A program made the position numbers and the translations under genes. From Candidatus Marinacidobacterales bacterium (GTDB lineage: Bacteria; Acidobacteriota; Vicinamibacteria; Marinacidobacterales; SMYC01): a DNA stretch of 64,000 bases. Within the stretch, counting starts at the first letter, position 1; each line of letters opens with the position of its first letter. Of this stretch, positions 9,743 through 20,705 are shown in pieces. Below the pieces are notes generated by a model. It saw nothing but the letters and a program-made list of their open reading frames with translations, was not told the origin of the DNA and did not search any database. Location: contig CBDEGF010000004.1 in assembly GCA_965237685.1 (NCBI GenBank), positions 3,743,496-3,807,495 on the forward strand, written 5' to 3'.

Positions 9743-12191
9743 GGTCCTCGCGTCTCTCAACCACCCGAACATTGCCGGGATCCATGGGCTCGAGCAGCAC
9801 GACTCAACGCACTTCCTCGTCCTGGAACTCGTTCCCGGAGAGACGCTGGCAGAGCGAATCTCAAGAGGCCCCATACCCGTCGAAGAAACTCTCCAGATCG
9901 CCAGGCAGATCGCCGAGGCCCTGGAGGAGGCCCACGAGAAAGGCATCGTCCATCGGGACCTCAAGCCTGCCAACATCAAACTCACCCCGGACGACAAGGT
10001 CAAGGTCCTGGACTTCGGACTCGCCAAGGCATTCGTTGAGGAGATGCCCGAGGCGGATAGCTCGATGTCTCCCACGCTAACGAGAGATGCGACTCGGATG
10101 GGCGTGATTCTGGGGACGGCGGCGTACATGAGCCCCGAACAGGCGAAGGGAAAGCGGGTCGACAAGCGGACCGACATTTTCGCCTTTGGCGCCGTGCTGT
10201 ACGAGATGTTGACCGGAAAGAAAGCGTTCGCCGGGGAAGACGTCTCGGACGTATTGGCTTCGATCATGAAGCTGGAGCCCGATTGGAAGGCGGTTCCTTC
10301 TGATCTCGATCCGCGGATCCGGAACCTCTTGCGCCGGTGTCTCAGGAAGGATCGCAAGAACCGTCGCCAGTCCATCGGGGACGTCCGTGTGGAGATTCAG
10401 GAAATCGTAGCCGAGCCGAGCGAGTCGCCTGCAGTGTCTCGGCCGGCGGGTCAGCACCGGGAGATCTTCATCGGTGTAGCGGCGCTGATCCTAGGCATGC
10501 TGATCGCCGGCGTCGTTGTCTGGCGTGCGGCCGATCCCGCCGCGCTATCTCCCCTCCGCTTCACGATCACGACATCAGTTGAACTGGCCAGGGCCGGGGG
10601 ACCACTGCTGGCTTTGTCTGCTGACGGCAGGACCCTAGTCTATTCTGCTGTCCAGCGAGGCGCGCGGCAACTCTACTTGCGTCCAAGGGATCAGTTTGAG
10701 GCCTCGCCAATAGCCGGTACGGAAGGCGCGAGGATGCCGTTCCTGTCACCGGACGGACAGTGGATCGGCTTTAGCACGGCCAATGTTCTTAAGAAGGTTC
10801 TGATCGCCGGTGGTACACCCACTACGCTGTGTGCGTGCGGTTCCGGCCGATCAGCCGCTTGGGGACCGGATGACACGTCTTTTTCACTGACGCGTCGTCA
10901 AGGCTGTCAGCCATCTCTGCCGCTGGCGGCACTCCCCAACCAGTGACAACGCTAGAAGACGACGAGAGTCTCCATCGCGGCGTCAACGTTCTCCCGAACG
11001 GGCGTGCGATCCTGTTTGCCGCGCTGTCTGGCGGCGGACGCGAAACAGCCCGAATCGTAGCCCAGTCACTGGACACCGGCGAACGACGAGTGCTTCTCGA
11101 CGGGAGCCACCCACGCTATGCTCCAACAGGTCACCTCCTTTTCGCACGCAGCAACGCCCTGTGGGCCGTCCCCTTCGATGTCGATCGTCTTGCGGTGAGC
11201 GGAGAGCCGATTCCCGTAGTTGAGGGTGTCCGGCAGGAACCGGTCGGGGCGGTTCAGTACGAGATCGCTCAAGATGGCACCCTCGCGTACGCACCAAGCC
11301 TGGAGGACGCGATACCCCAGGATTCGCTCCTGTGGGTTGACCGCGAGGGTGAAGTCACACCCCTGACGGCGGATCAAGGTGTGTATCGAAGCCTGAGCGT
11401 CTCTCCCAATGGGGGAGAGATTGCTCTGCAGATTACAGGCGAGGATGGCAGCGACAACATCTGGCTGCTTGATATTGAGCGCGGTACACTCGTTCCTCAG
11501 ACGACCGGAAACACGCTCAACCGGAATCCGGTGTGGGCACCGGACGGAACCAGGATAGCGCTCAACGCCATGGCCGGACCTGGGGGCTATGACCTTTACT
11601 GGACTGCCCTGAGCGGCGGCGGGCTAGAGAACTTCCTCGAGCGAGACGGTACGCAGAGGCCTTCTTCCTGGTCCCGCGACGGGAGCTTGCTCGCCTTCGA
11701 GCATCTCGCTCCAGAGACGGGGAGCGATGTCTGGATCTTCTCCGTTTGCGGAGGGTACGGCATCGCCGTTCCTTGAGAACCGCGCGGCCGAATCGGGTGC
11801 AGTCTTCTCGCCGGGCGGTCACTGGATGGCCTATGTGTCGGATGATTCGGGTCGGGAAGAGATCTACGTCACATCCTTTCCCAACCCTGGCCGTCGAACA
11901 CGCGTATCCACGGCTGGGGGACACAGGCCACGCTGGGCAGCGAACGGCACGGAATTGTTCTATATGACCGAGAACGACGAAGTCATGGTGGTGTCTATTC
12001 TGACTGCGGAGTCGTTGAGAGTTGGGCAGCCGGAACGTCTTTTTCAACTGCCGGGCTTGGTGGATTACGATGCGCATCCCGATGGCAGGCGGTTCGTGGT
12101 GGTCCAGCGCGGCGCCTCCCCGGAGACCACCCAAATCAACGTTGTCCAGAACTGGTTCGAAGAGCTCAAGCGTCTCGTCCCCACCAACTAG
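9743..12191 (+). pseudogene. Ser/Thr protein kinase (N-terminally truncated at the IS66 right end) fused to a TolB-like beta-propeller; two internal frameshifts
   Basis: From 9735: LASLNHPNIAGIHG...HRDLKPANIKL..DFGLAK...YMSPEQ is a Hanks kinase lacking subdomains I-III. A TM segment and propeller follow in ORFs 10044..10946, 10943..11776 and 11727..12191, with the C-terminus NWFEELKRLVPTN. Confidence 0.65.
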
Positions 12192-12193
12192 CG

Positions 12194-12481
12194 TTGCTCC
12201 CCTCCATCAAGCCCATCCGCCCGGTCGAAGAGAAACACCCCTTCGACGACCCAGAGTGGATCTTCGAGCTGAAGCACGATGGCTTCCGGGCTCTCGCCTA
12301 CATCGAGAACGGAGAGTGCCGCCTCGTGTCCCGAAACGACTACACCTTCCCTCACTGGCCGGGTCTCGGGCGATGGCTCGCAGAAAACCTAGGCGCTGAA
12401 AGCGCCATCCTCGACGGCGAGCTGGTCTGTCTCGATGACGGGGGCCGCTCGCAGTTCTACGACCTCTACTCTCGAAGGTAG
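12194..12481 (+). pseudogene. ATP-dependent DNA ligase N-terminal fragment (adenylation motif I KHDG)
   Basis: FDDPEWIFELKHDGFRALAYIENGECRLVSRNDYTF is the ligase KxDG motif region. Stops after 95 aa. A probable C-terminal remnant (GEIKVRNPSYSQKEGRKELFEARW) lies at about 13430-13535. Confidence 0.55.
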
Positions 12482-12558
12482 GAGGCCGCGGCCAAGCTCA
12501 AGGCGGGGACGGAACAATCGCCAAGCAGCGATTCCTTCGGTATCCTGGATCTAGCTTT

Positions 12559-13077
12559 ATGCTCACCGAATCAGAGGAAGCCCGCCTCGAACTCATTCTC
12601 AAGGCGTACGAAGCTGAGTACAAGGAACACGTTGACAACTGGCGCCTTATCGAAACCAAGTCGCAGGGCACAGCCGCTGTCGCAGGAGTCTTTCTCGCGG
12701 CCGCATTCGCGTACGTGCGCACATTGGAGCCGGAAGACATGTCTCGTCTCGAGACCTACGCGCTCATTGGCACCGTCGCACTGCTTGTGGCAACAGTAGT
12801 AAGAGCTATCGCCGCATTACGCGTTACTCAGGTTGAGGCACCCCCTTCTGGTGACGAAATCGATAGAGTAGTCACGGCTTACAACGAACTTGATGAAAAA
12901 CAACGAGGTGAACGCCTGGACGACCTCTACGGGACGCAGCTCAAAGTTTGGAAGCATGCAAACGAGACACTCCATGAGGCGAACTCGAAGAAAGCGGAGC
13001 TGCTCGCCGACGCACAGACTTTGCTCACGATTGCAGCAATAGCTGCCGCGCTCCTCACGGTTCTCATAGTCTTGTAG
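12559..13077 (+). CDS. hypothetical 172-aa protein with three predicted TM helices and a central coiled coil; possibly SLATT-like
   Basis: Local GC drops to about 52%. TM segments AAVAGVFLAAAFAYV, YALIGTVALLVATVVRAIAAL and LLTIAAIAAALLTVLIVL. No recognisable catalytic motif. Confidence 0.45.
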   Translation: MLTESEEARLELILKAYEAEYKEHVDNWRLIETKSQGTAAVAGVFLAAAFAYVRTLEPEDMSRLETYALIGTVALLVATVVRAIAALRVTQVEAPPSGDEIDRVVTAYNELDEKQRGERLDDLYGTQLKVWKHANETLHEANSKKAELLADAQTLLTIAAIAAALLTVLIVL

Positions 13078-13305
13078 GTGAAGGATACAAGAGTGAAAGA
13101 AGACTTGAGACCGATTTGCATGCAGCCTCACTGCAAGAATCCGGCCGATCAGCGAGATCTCTTTTGTGAAGAACACACTCTATTGGCGATGCGAGAAGCA
13201 GAGGACGAAAGGGAAAACTATGAAGAAGAAGACGAAGAAGAAGATACCGAAGAAGAAGCGGCCGAAGAAACCGGGCAAGAAGAAGAGACGGACGAAAATC
13301 GTTAA
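13078..13305 (+). CDS. small (75 aa) protein with a Cx4C..Cx2H zinc-ribbon-like motif and a strongly acidic E/D tail
   Basis: GTG immediately after the upstream stop (TAGGTG). ICMQPHCKNPADQRDLFCEEH followed by EDERENYEEEDEEEDTEEEAAEETGQEEETDE. Same low-GC block. Confidence 0.35.
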   Translation: MKDTRVKEDLRPICMQPHCKNPADQRDLFCEEHTLLAMREAEDERENYEEEDEEEDTEEEAAEETGQEEETDENR

Positions 13306-13694
13306 GAAGAAGCGACGCTAGGACCGTCATGCTCTGGCCTGGATGAACGTTCAGGCTGTTCCTTGCCCCAGACGACCAGGACGCGATCGAGTCGCTCGCC
13401 CTCGTCGGCTGTCCACTCGAGTCTCGTAGGGGAGATCAAGGTCCGGAATCCGAGCTACAGCCAGAAGGAAGGCCGCAAGGAGCTGTTCGAGGCGCGGTGG
13501 AACAAGGCCCCTGAGCAGCGGAAGTTGTCTTCATAGCACGGCGACCGAAGCCGCCGTAATTCAGGCGCTAAGGCCCGCGATTGGCGGGTGAAGACACCTC
13601 CGCCACATGGGATTCTACCCCCTCCTGCTCGTCGAGGCCCCGCGGCGCTAGCCAGCCTGTCCGGCTACAATCCTTTCACGCTCGGAGGCCGTTC

Positions 13695-14115
13695 ATGTCC
13701 CTCAGCCCCGGTCAGAAACTCTCCCAGTACGAGATTGGCGAGCTCCTCGGCAAAGGTGGTATAGGCGAGGTGTATCGGGCGAAGGATACGAAGCTCGGGC
13801 GGGATGTGGCGATCAAAGTCCTGCCTGACCTCTTCGCGGACGATCCTGAACGCCTGGCCCGCTTCCAGCGTGAAGCCAAAGTCCTCGCCTCGCTGAACCA
13901 CCCCAACATCGCGGCCATCTACGGGCTCGAAGAGAGCGGCGACACGCGGGCGCTGGAGCTGGTCGAAGGGCCGACGCTGGCTGACCGGATCGCGCTGGGG
14001 GCAATCCCGCTGGACGAAGCCCTCCCGATCGCCAGGCAGATCGCCGAAGCCCTCGAAGCCGCGCATGAGCAGGGCATCATCCACCGTGACCTCAAGCCGG
14101 CTAACGTGAAGGTCA
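13695..14115 (+). pseudogene. Ser/Thr protein kinase N-terminal fragment (paralog of the 9743 kinase), truncated after subdomain VIb
   Basis: MSLSPGQKLSQYEIGELLGKGGIGEVYRAKDTKLGRDVAIKVL...HRDLKPANVKV, then the frame decays. GxGxxG and VAIK are present; DFG and APE are absent. Confidence 0.7.
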
Positions 14116-14125
14116 GAGACACGCG

Positions 14126-14449
14126 ACACCCTCCGCACCGTCCCTCTTGCTTCCCGAATAGCTGGTGCCGGTGTGTCCGGTAGCTCGGGAGCTTTCCGAG
14201 GTCCGTGCGCTTCGGCACGTCCTCTCGGTGGTTAACGTCGTAGAACATCTTGAACGCTTCGCGCAGCCGTGTCTTGACCAGTGTGGCCGCGAGCTCGGAT
14301 AGGTCGATCCCTACCCATTGCCGCCCGAGAGTTTCGGCGCTCACACAGGCGGTAGCGCAGCCGGCGAACGGGTCGAGTACAACGTCGCCAGCGTTCGAAC
14401 TAGCCTTGATGATCCGGTCCAGAAGCGCGAGGGGCTTCTGGGTCGGGTA
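14126..14449 (-). pseudogene. C-terminal fragment of an N6/N4 DNA methyltransferase (motif I region)
   Basis: YPTQKPLALLDRIIKASSNAGDVVLDPFAGCATACVSAETLGRQWVGIDL matches the conserved HPTQKP...DPF.GSGTT block of beta-class amino-MTases. It abuts the kinase truncation point on the opposite strand. Confidence 0.55.
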
Positions 14450-14514
14450 GCCAACACGCTCTCTGCCTCCGTCACCGCCGTCACGAGGTCTGGTCTCGGC
14501 TCTGGCCATCGACG

Positions 14515-15109
14515 GTGACGGGAAGGCGAAGCTACCGGAACACTCACGCTCTGTTTCGCGACCTTTCGAAGCGGATGAGTTTCGGACGTCTTCCCCTGAT
14601 CGTCACGGATGGATTCGAATTCTACCAGAAGGTCATCCGTCGCTTCTTCGGGCCAGCGTGTCTTTACGGCCAGGTCCTCAAGACGCGCAGGAACGATCGT
14701 ATCATCAAGGTCGAACGGAGAGCGCTGCACGGAGCCGCGTGGCGATTCGAAGACGCGCTTCAATAACTCCGAGGACTCCTCAACATTGAACACATCGTTC
14801 ATCGAGCGGTTAAATCTGACCATCCGGCAAAGCTCGGCATACCTTTCGAGACGAACGCTTTCCCACGCTCGCTCGACGGAGAGGCTCGATGAGCACTTGG
14901 AGTTGCTCCGTTGCTATTACAACTTCGTCCGACCGCACGGAACTCTGAAGTTCGGACGTGAGATCCGAACTCCGGCCATGCAAGCCGGTCTGACCACGCG
15001 ACGGCTCACCTTTCGAGACATCTTCTTGGCGACGACGATTCCTTTGTGGTCGCGGATCGAGGTTTTCCTGCTCACTGGGGGCGCGCAACCCGGTCTCTTC
15101 CGCACCTGA
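14515..15109 (+). pseudogene. IS1-family transposase (InsB-like) fragment in two frames
   Basis: PLIVTDGFEFYQK and IERLNLTIRQSSAYLSRRTLSHARSTERLDEHLELLRCYYNFVRPH resemble IS1 InsB. The ~70-bp terminal sequence at 15050-15120 recurs at 34297-34340 and 34600-34690. Confidence 0.55.
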
Positions 15110-15437
15110 ACCACTGCCCGCAGCCGCGTAGCAACACTTGATGGCGGAAGCACCGTAAAATGCTATTGCAACACAGGCCTTTGAGGTTCACGGGCCCGAC
15201 CCGCTGGCGCACTACTGATCGACTGGAGAGATTGGAGGGGTATACGATGATGCGGTCACTGCTTCTCGGCGCGTTGCTCGTATCACCCACGCTTTGCAAC
15301 GGCACCCGTTTTCTACGCCCTTGTGGGCGCGCGGTGCTCTTTCCCGTTCGGTCCCGGCAAAGTCGCTTTCAGTGGCCCTCTTTTGATACTCTTGGAGCCA
15401 GTGCTGAGCGTGGAAACGACATCGAAAAGGAGGTCGA

Positions 15438-16742
15438 ATGAGTGCTATATTGAACCGATGGTGTTGCCGGATTTTTATTCTCACATTTGCCGTTTGCCTG
15501 TTCCCCCGGTTATCACTGGCAACTGAAGGGCTGGACAGTGGGGACACCGCGTGGGTCATCGTCTCTTCCACGCTGGTGCTGATGATGACGTTGCCGGGGC
15601 TGCTCTTGTTTTATGCTGGTCTCGTCCGCTCGGTCAACGTAATTTCCACGTCAATCCATTGTTACGCGATTGCATGCCTCGCGTCGGTACTATGGTTCGC
15701 TGTCGGTTACAGCCTAGCGTTCGGAGACGGAGGGTAGGCCAACGCCTGGATCGGCGGGCTGGAAAAAGCGTTTCTCGCCGGTGTCGGTGCCGATGCCTTA
15801 GTCGGAACGATCCCGGAGTCGGTCTTCTTCACGTTTCAGATGACATTCATCATCATTACGCTCGGCTTGATCGCAGGTGCCTACGCGGAACGGATCAAGT
15901 TCGCCCATGTGATGCTGTTTAGCGGCTTATGGGGGATTCTAGTTTACTCGCCGGTGACCCATTGGATATGGGGCGGAGGTTTTCTGGCAACGCGCGGCGT
16001 GCTCGATTTCGCGGGTGGGCTTGTCGTTCATACCACGGCCGGCGTTTCGGCGATCGTGATCGCCTTGATGCTGGGTAAACGGCGCCGTTTTCCGGATAAG
16101 CTAACGCCGCCCCATAATCCCATCTTGACCGTGATCGGCGCTTCACTGCTTTGGGTCGGCTGGTCTGGATTCAACGCTGGAAGCGCGTTGGCAGCGAACG
16201 GCAACGCGGGCCTAGCCTTAGTGGCGACCCTTATTGCGGCCGCCGTCGCTTCTCTCGTGTGGATGGCTCTGGAATGGTGCCACTCCGGCAAGCCCAGTCT
16301 AATCGCAACGGCAACCGGCACCATAGCGGGACTCGCCACGGTGACGCCGGCAGCGGGTTACGTAGCGCCTGCCGGGGGCCTTGTTTGCGGGATACTGGGC
16401 GGTATCCTTTGCTACTATGCGACCCGGTTTGTCCTGGGCCGATTATTAGTGGACGATTCCCTGGATGTATTTGCCGTCCACGGCGTGGGCGGAATACTCG
16501 GCACGCTCCTGGTGGCGGTGCTGGGCGCCGAGACGTTTGGCGGATTGGGCCTCGAAAACGGCATCGCTTCTCAGTTTATCTCTCAAGCGACGGGAGTTGT
16601 GGCGGTGGTCGTATGGTCGGTGCTGGCAACCTGGTTGATCGTTCTCCTGACGCGTGCGATGGTCGGACTCAGGGTCAGTGAGAAGGAGGAAGCCGAAGGT
16701 CTCGATTTCGAGTCCCACGGAGAGCGCGGCTACACCTCGTAG
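15438..16742 (+). CDS. amt: ammonium transporter Amt, interrupted by an in-frame TAG at 15735-15737
   Basis: ORFs 15438..15737 and 15840..16742 are in the same frame. The N-terminus DTAWVIVSSTLVLMMTLPGLLLFYAGLVR and YSLAFGDGG-*-ANAWIGGL...FQMTFIIITLGLIAGAYAERIKF are canonical Amt. RBS aaaaggagg upstream. Confidence 0.8.
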
Positions 16743-17089
16743 TGGGACCGGTGGGGGACAGCATAAAACAAGGGTGGACTTGCACATTGGGAGGGTAAGC
16801 CGCAATGGCTATGTTGCAATCGGCCCGGTTGTCGCTCTCGAGCGGCAGACCTGTCGTCGCCTATATCGCATGGACGGGTGGAACTAGGGAAGGTGCAACT
16901 CTTTCAAGCGAGCGGGAAGTCGACTATGTCCGTCTGCGTCCGCATCCGGCCGATTTCGCTCTTCACTACGACATCTAGGACGGAGCAAGTAGCCAGTAGC
17001 CGAAAAGTCATCGGCGGGGGCACGCCTTGGCACGTTCGTTTAACACAATAGGTTCGTTTGGACTGCGAATCGAGAGGAGAAATGTGTCC

Positions 17090-17968
17090 ATGTTCGAGAA
17101 GTTAAGGCTATACCTAGTGAGTTTTTCTTTGATCCTGGGTTCTCTGAGTATCGTCCCTGCGGCTCCGGCGCAAGACTCGATATACTCGTTCGGTGGCGAT
17201 GCGGCATTTGCGAGCAAGTACATCTGGCGGGGTCAGAGGCTGACGAACGACTGGAGTCTCCAGCCGGCCGCGACGGTGGGTATCGGCAACTTCTCGTTCA
17301 ATGCGTGGGGGAGCTTGGATATCACGGCGGTGAACGAAGGGGATGCGCTTCCCATACCCGAGAATCCGTTCGCGCCTGATGGTGCAAGCGGCTTGAAGGG
17401 TAAGTTTTCAGAGATCGACTACACGTTCTCCTACTCTCATTCGCTCGAGTCCGTTTCTATCGATGGAGGAGTCATCTTCTATACTTTTCACGAGCGGTCC
17501 GCCTCGCTGCCCTCGACCACTGAAGTATACGCGGGCGTGACGTTCGACAACATTATGCTGGCGCCCTCGGGAACGTTTTACATCGACGTCAATGAAACCG
17601 GACAGGATGGGGGACGCACGGGTTTCTACTTCCTGCTCGCCGCCGGGCATTCCTTCGCCACGAATAGCGATGTGGTCTCGGCCATCGACCTCTCCGCTTC
17701 GTTATCCCTGGCCAATAGCGGTTTCGGTGAGTACTACTATGGCGCGTCCGAAACGGGCATTCACGATTTCAACCTGACGGTGAGTGTTCCGTTCACACTG
17801 AACGATGAGTGGTCGGCGAGCGCCTTTGTTTCTTACAGCGCCCTGCTCGGGGAGTTCCGCTATCTCCAGTATCTAGATCCCCGAGATGTTTACAAGGGTA
17901 CGGCAGGCGATCCCAAAAACTCAGCCGATACACTCTGGGGCGGAGTCGCCTTTAGTCTAGCCTTCTAG
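17090..17968 (+). CDS. outer-membrane beta-barrel (porin-like) protein
   Basis: Signal peptide MFEKLRLYLVSFSLILGSLSIVPAAPAQD, alternating beta-strand pattern, C-terminal aromatic (AFSLAF). Positioned downstream of amt. Confidence 0.5.
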   Translation: MFEKLRLYLVSFSLILGSLSIVPAAPAQDSIYSFGGDAAFASKYIWRGQRLTNDWSLQPAATVGIGNFSFNAWGSLDITAVNEGDALPIPENPFAPDGASGLKGKFSEIDYTFSYSHSLESVSIDGGVIFYTFHERSASLPSTTEVYAGVTFDNIMLAPSGTFYIDVNETGQDGGRTGFYFLLAAGHSFATNSDVVSAIDLSASLSLANSGFGEYYYGASETGIHDFNLTVSVPFTLNDEWSASAFVSYSALLGEFRYLQYLDPRDVYKGTAGDPKNSADTLWGGVAFSLAF

Positions 17969-17986
17969 TGCATAGTATCGTAAGTC

Positions 17987-18472
17987 ATGTTAATATTGCC
18001 ATGGTACTTTCCCAGGAGGAAACCCGTGGCCAATCGCTCCCGCGTCATCGCTTTGAGCGTCAATGACCTCAAAGAGCTCGAACGTTTAGTGCGTGCATCC
18101 TCTACGCCGGCCGGTCTGAGCCGTCGCGCTAGGGCTATTCTACTCATGTCCGAAGGCCTTTCCGGCGTTGAGGTCGCAGACAAGACCGGATATACCGACG
18201 TCCAAGTGAGTCGGATTCGGCGGCGCTTCGCGGAAGAAGGGATGGCTGGATTGCACGAGCGGGCACGCTCCGGCCGCCCCCCCTTCGATTACACTGCGCA
18301 AACGCGCTCAAGTTGTGGCCAAGACGCTGAAAAAACCCAAGCCCGGTATCACCCACTGGACAACACGCGACATGGCTCGAGAAGTCGGCATCTCTCATAG
18401 CTCGGTTCAACGCATCTGGAACGCTCACGCACTACAGCCCCATCGTGTCCAAACCTTCAAGTTCACGACCGC
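17987..18472 (+). pseudogene. IS630-family transposase N-terminal (HTH) fragment, frameshifted
   Basis: RARAILLMSEGLSGVEVADKTGYTDVQVSRIRRRFAEEGMAGLHERARSGRPP, then in the second frame VAKTLKKPKPGITHWTTRDMAREVGISHSSVQRIWNAHALQPHRVQTFKF. Stops before the DDE domain. Confidence 0.6.
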
Positions 18473-18698
18473 GCGGCGCGTCAGTCTGACGGCGGACTGG
18501 TACGCGGATGACTACTGGCTGGTGGACGCCTATGTCCGTTTCTCAGGCGAGGCGTTGAGCGAGCTGCTGCGGTCGACGGAATTCTCGATCGTGGCGAACA
18601 ATCTGCTCGACAAAGCCTACCTCTCCGCCATCACGGAGAACGCCACCTGGCTCGGCGCGCCGCGGACGATCTCGATGACCGCGACCATCTCGTTCTGA
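18473..18698 (+). pseudogene. TonB-dependent receptor C-terminal fragment fused in-frame to the IS630 fragment
   Basis: LTADWYADDYWLVDAYVRFSGEALSELLRSTEFSIVANNLLDKAYLSAITENATWLGAPRTISMTATISF is a TonB-dependent receptor C-terminal beta-barrel with a terminal aromatic residue. Confidence 0.55.
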
Positions 18699-18745
18699 CG
18701 GTTCGTCGACGGCAGACCCCAGCCTGCTGCCACGCCGGTACGTGC

Positions 18746-20188
18746 TTCGCGGTCCCCGTCCTGTGCCAAAACTCGGCCCTTTTGAAATAGGCCATAAATC
18801 AGCAACTTAGTGTCTGTGTTTGCGACCGGGCCAAGGGCCGTGGGCTTTACAATCGTCTTGGGCGGGCGGGTCGTCACCATGCAGATGACCACCTAGTCGA
18901 GAGCGAATATCGAAGCGTGTTCCTGAAGCTGTTTCCACGCTACGCCGGTCGAGCCCGCCGAGGGGCTACCGTCGCCGGCGACCATCTACGCGGCACGGCA
19001 GTAGTAGTTGAGAATGCCCCCAAGTCGCTCTCGCGACACGATGGGGCCAGTGTCATTCGCGCTTGCCGGCAGAGGTGTGAGGAGCTCGTTGCCGAGACCT
19101 TGGTGGTTCCGTTCTGTGTGATAGTGCACTACGTATTCGGTTACCGCTGTGCGCAGGTGTCGCTCACTGAGAGGTACGAAGCGGTCGAGACACTCTCGAC
19201 GTATGGAGAGAACGAATCTTTCCGCATATGCGTTCAGATTCGGACTATTAGCGGGAAGGCGAAGGGGCTTCACGCCTGAATCTCTCAACAGCCCACGTAC
19301 CGCCTCGGTGAATAGCGGGTCCCGGTCGTGGATGAGGTATCGCTTGCCAAGGAGGAAACCATCCCACATTGTCAGTGAGGTTTCTTGCCACCTGCTTCAT
19401 CCACTCCCCGTTGGGGTCCGACGTTATCCCACCGATGCACACGCAGCGAGTGGCGATATCGATGACAAACAGGACATGGTAGCGGACGAGCCCGAACGGG
19501 TTCACAACCTCGACGGTGAACAGGTCTGTCGCAGCGATGGCGCCCCAATGAGCCTTGATGAAGGTGCTCCACGACATGCTCTTGCCCCGCTCCGGGGCAG
19601 GCGCGATACCGTGCTCGGCGAGGATCCTCTTGATAGTGTTGCGTCCGAGTTCATGTCCTAGGTTCTTGAGTGCGCCTCGCAGGCGCGTATATCCCCACGT
19701 CGGGTTCTCCTGCGCCACGCGCACAATGAGCTCACGGATGTCCTTCGCCGTCGGAGGTCGGCCTGGGCTCCGGTTCTTGCTGCCATCGTACTTGGCTGCG
19801 ATGAGGCAGCGGTACCAACGCAGAAGCGTAGCGGGTGTGGCAACGGACGCAATCTGGGCCAGCGCCTCGCGGCCCAAAGCCTGGGCCTTGACCGCGAGCC
19901 TGCGCCGGTCGTCGTCCGAGAGACTGAGACGCTTGCCCCGAAGCCCGGCTCGGAGCACACGGTTCTCCTCTTGCTGGTAGTCGATCACATCCTGCTGCTG
20001 GCGGTTGACCCAGCCAGCTAGAACGAGCAGTAGGAATTGCACGTGGTACGTCATCATGGATCTGAAGATAACACCCCCGGGCCAGACGATTGTAAAGCCT
20101 ACGGCCCTTGGCACCGGCGCAAACACAGACACTAAGCTGCTGATTTATGGCCTATTTCAAAAGGGCCGAGTTTTGGCACAGGACGGGG
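18746..20188 (-). mobile_element. IS481-family element, copy 1 (1.44 kb), with ~100-bp imperfect terminal inverted repeats
   Basis: Ends CCGTCCTGTGCCAAAACTCGGCCCTTTTGAAATAGGCCATAAATCAGCARCTTAGTGTCTGTGTTTGCG... at 18746 and its reverse complement at 20188. The transposase 18986..20132 carries a frameshift near 19370. Confidence 0.75.
18986..20132 (-). pseudogene. IS481-family transposase (HTH + rve integrase core), frameshifted
   Basis: ORF 19248..20132 (MSVFAP...NLTD) and ORF 18986..19369 ([17 protein letters not shown]...[12 protein letters not shown]...ERNHQGLGN). Together they equal the full-length protein seen at 51505. Confidence 0.7.
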
Positions 20189-20409
20189 TGTCGATGGGAA
20201 GAGTGGTAAGGATAGACGGGTCGCGGCAGCAAGAGGACTAACGGTGCTTCTGCCATCAAGTGTTGCTAGGCCGCGTTTGAATGCTGGTGTCAGTTGGCCT
20301 GTTCTATGTCGACGAACGCCATAAATTAATGATGTCGGCGTGCACACGAAGATGTCTCTGAACGTCAGGCACCCGCGCGGCCCGCAGTCGTGGCCGGTTC
20401 ACTGGGCTA

Positions 20410-20705
20410 GCCACGCGCTGAAGCGCTCGTTCATCGCGTCCATGTGGTCGCTCCCACCACAACCAGTCACTCTGCAGGACGCGCACGGTATTGTCAGGGT
20501 ACGTTGGCATATGGGGGTTCATGTCGACACCGGCCTCAACGTGCGTTCCGAGCAAAGGTAAGCTCGACCGGCGCGCGGGGCTGTAAGCAATGTAGCCGCT
20601 GACGGCTGCCATCGACTCCGCAGTTGTGGCGAACCGGACGAACTCTAGTGCAGTCTTGAGGTTCCGCGTTCCTGCGACGATGCCTAGCTGGCCTGTGTCT
20701 AGCAC
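20410..20705 (-). pseudogene. solute-binding protein C-terminal fragment
   Basis: LGIVAGTRNLKTALEFVRFATTAESMAAVSGYIAYSPARRS resembles the C-terminus of family-1 extracellular solute-binding proteins. N-terminus absent. Confidence 0.35.

Noticed and set aside
16990-17060. TGGCAC-N5-TTTAA upstream of the porin gene as a sigma-54 promoter
   Set aside because: The -12 element lacks the conserved TTGC(A/T) sequence. Spacing alone is insufficient.
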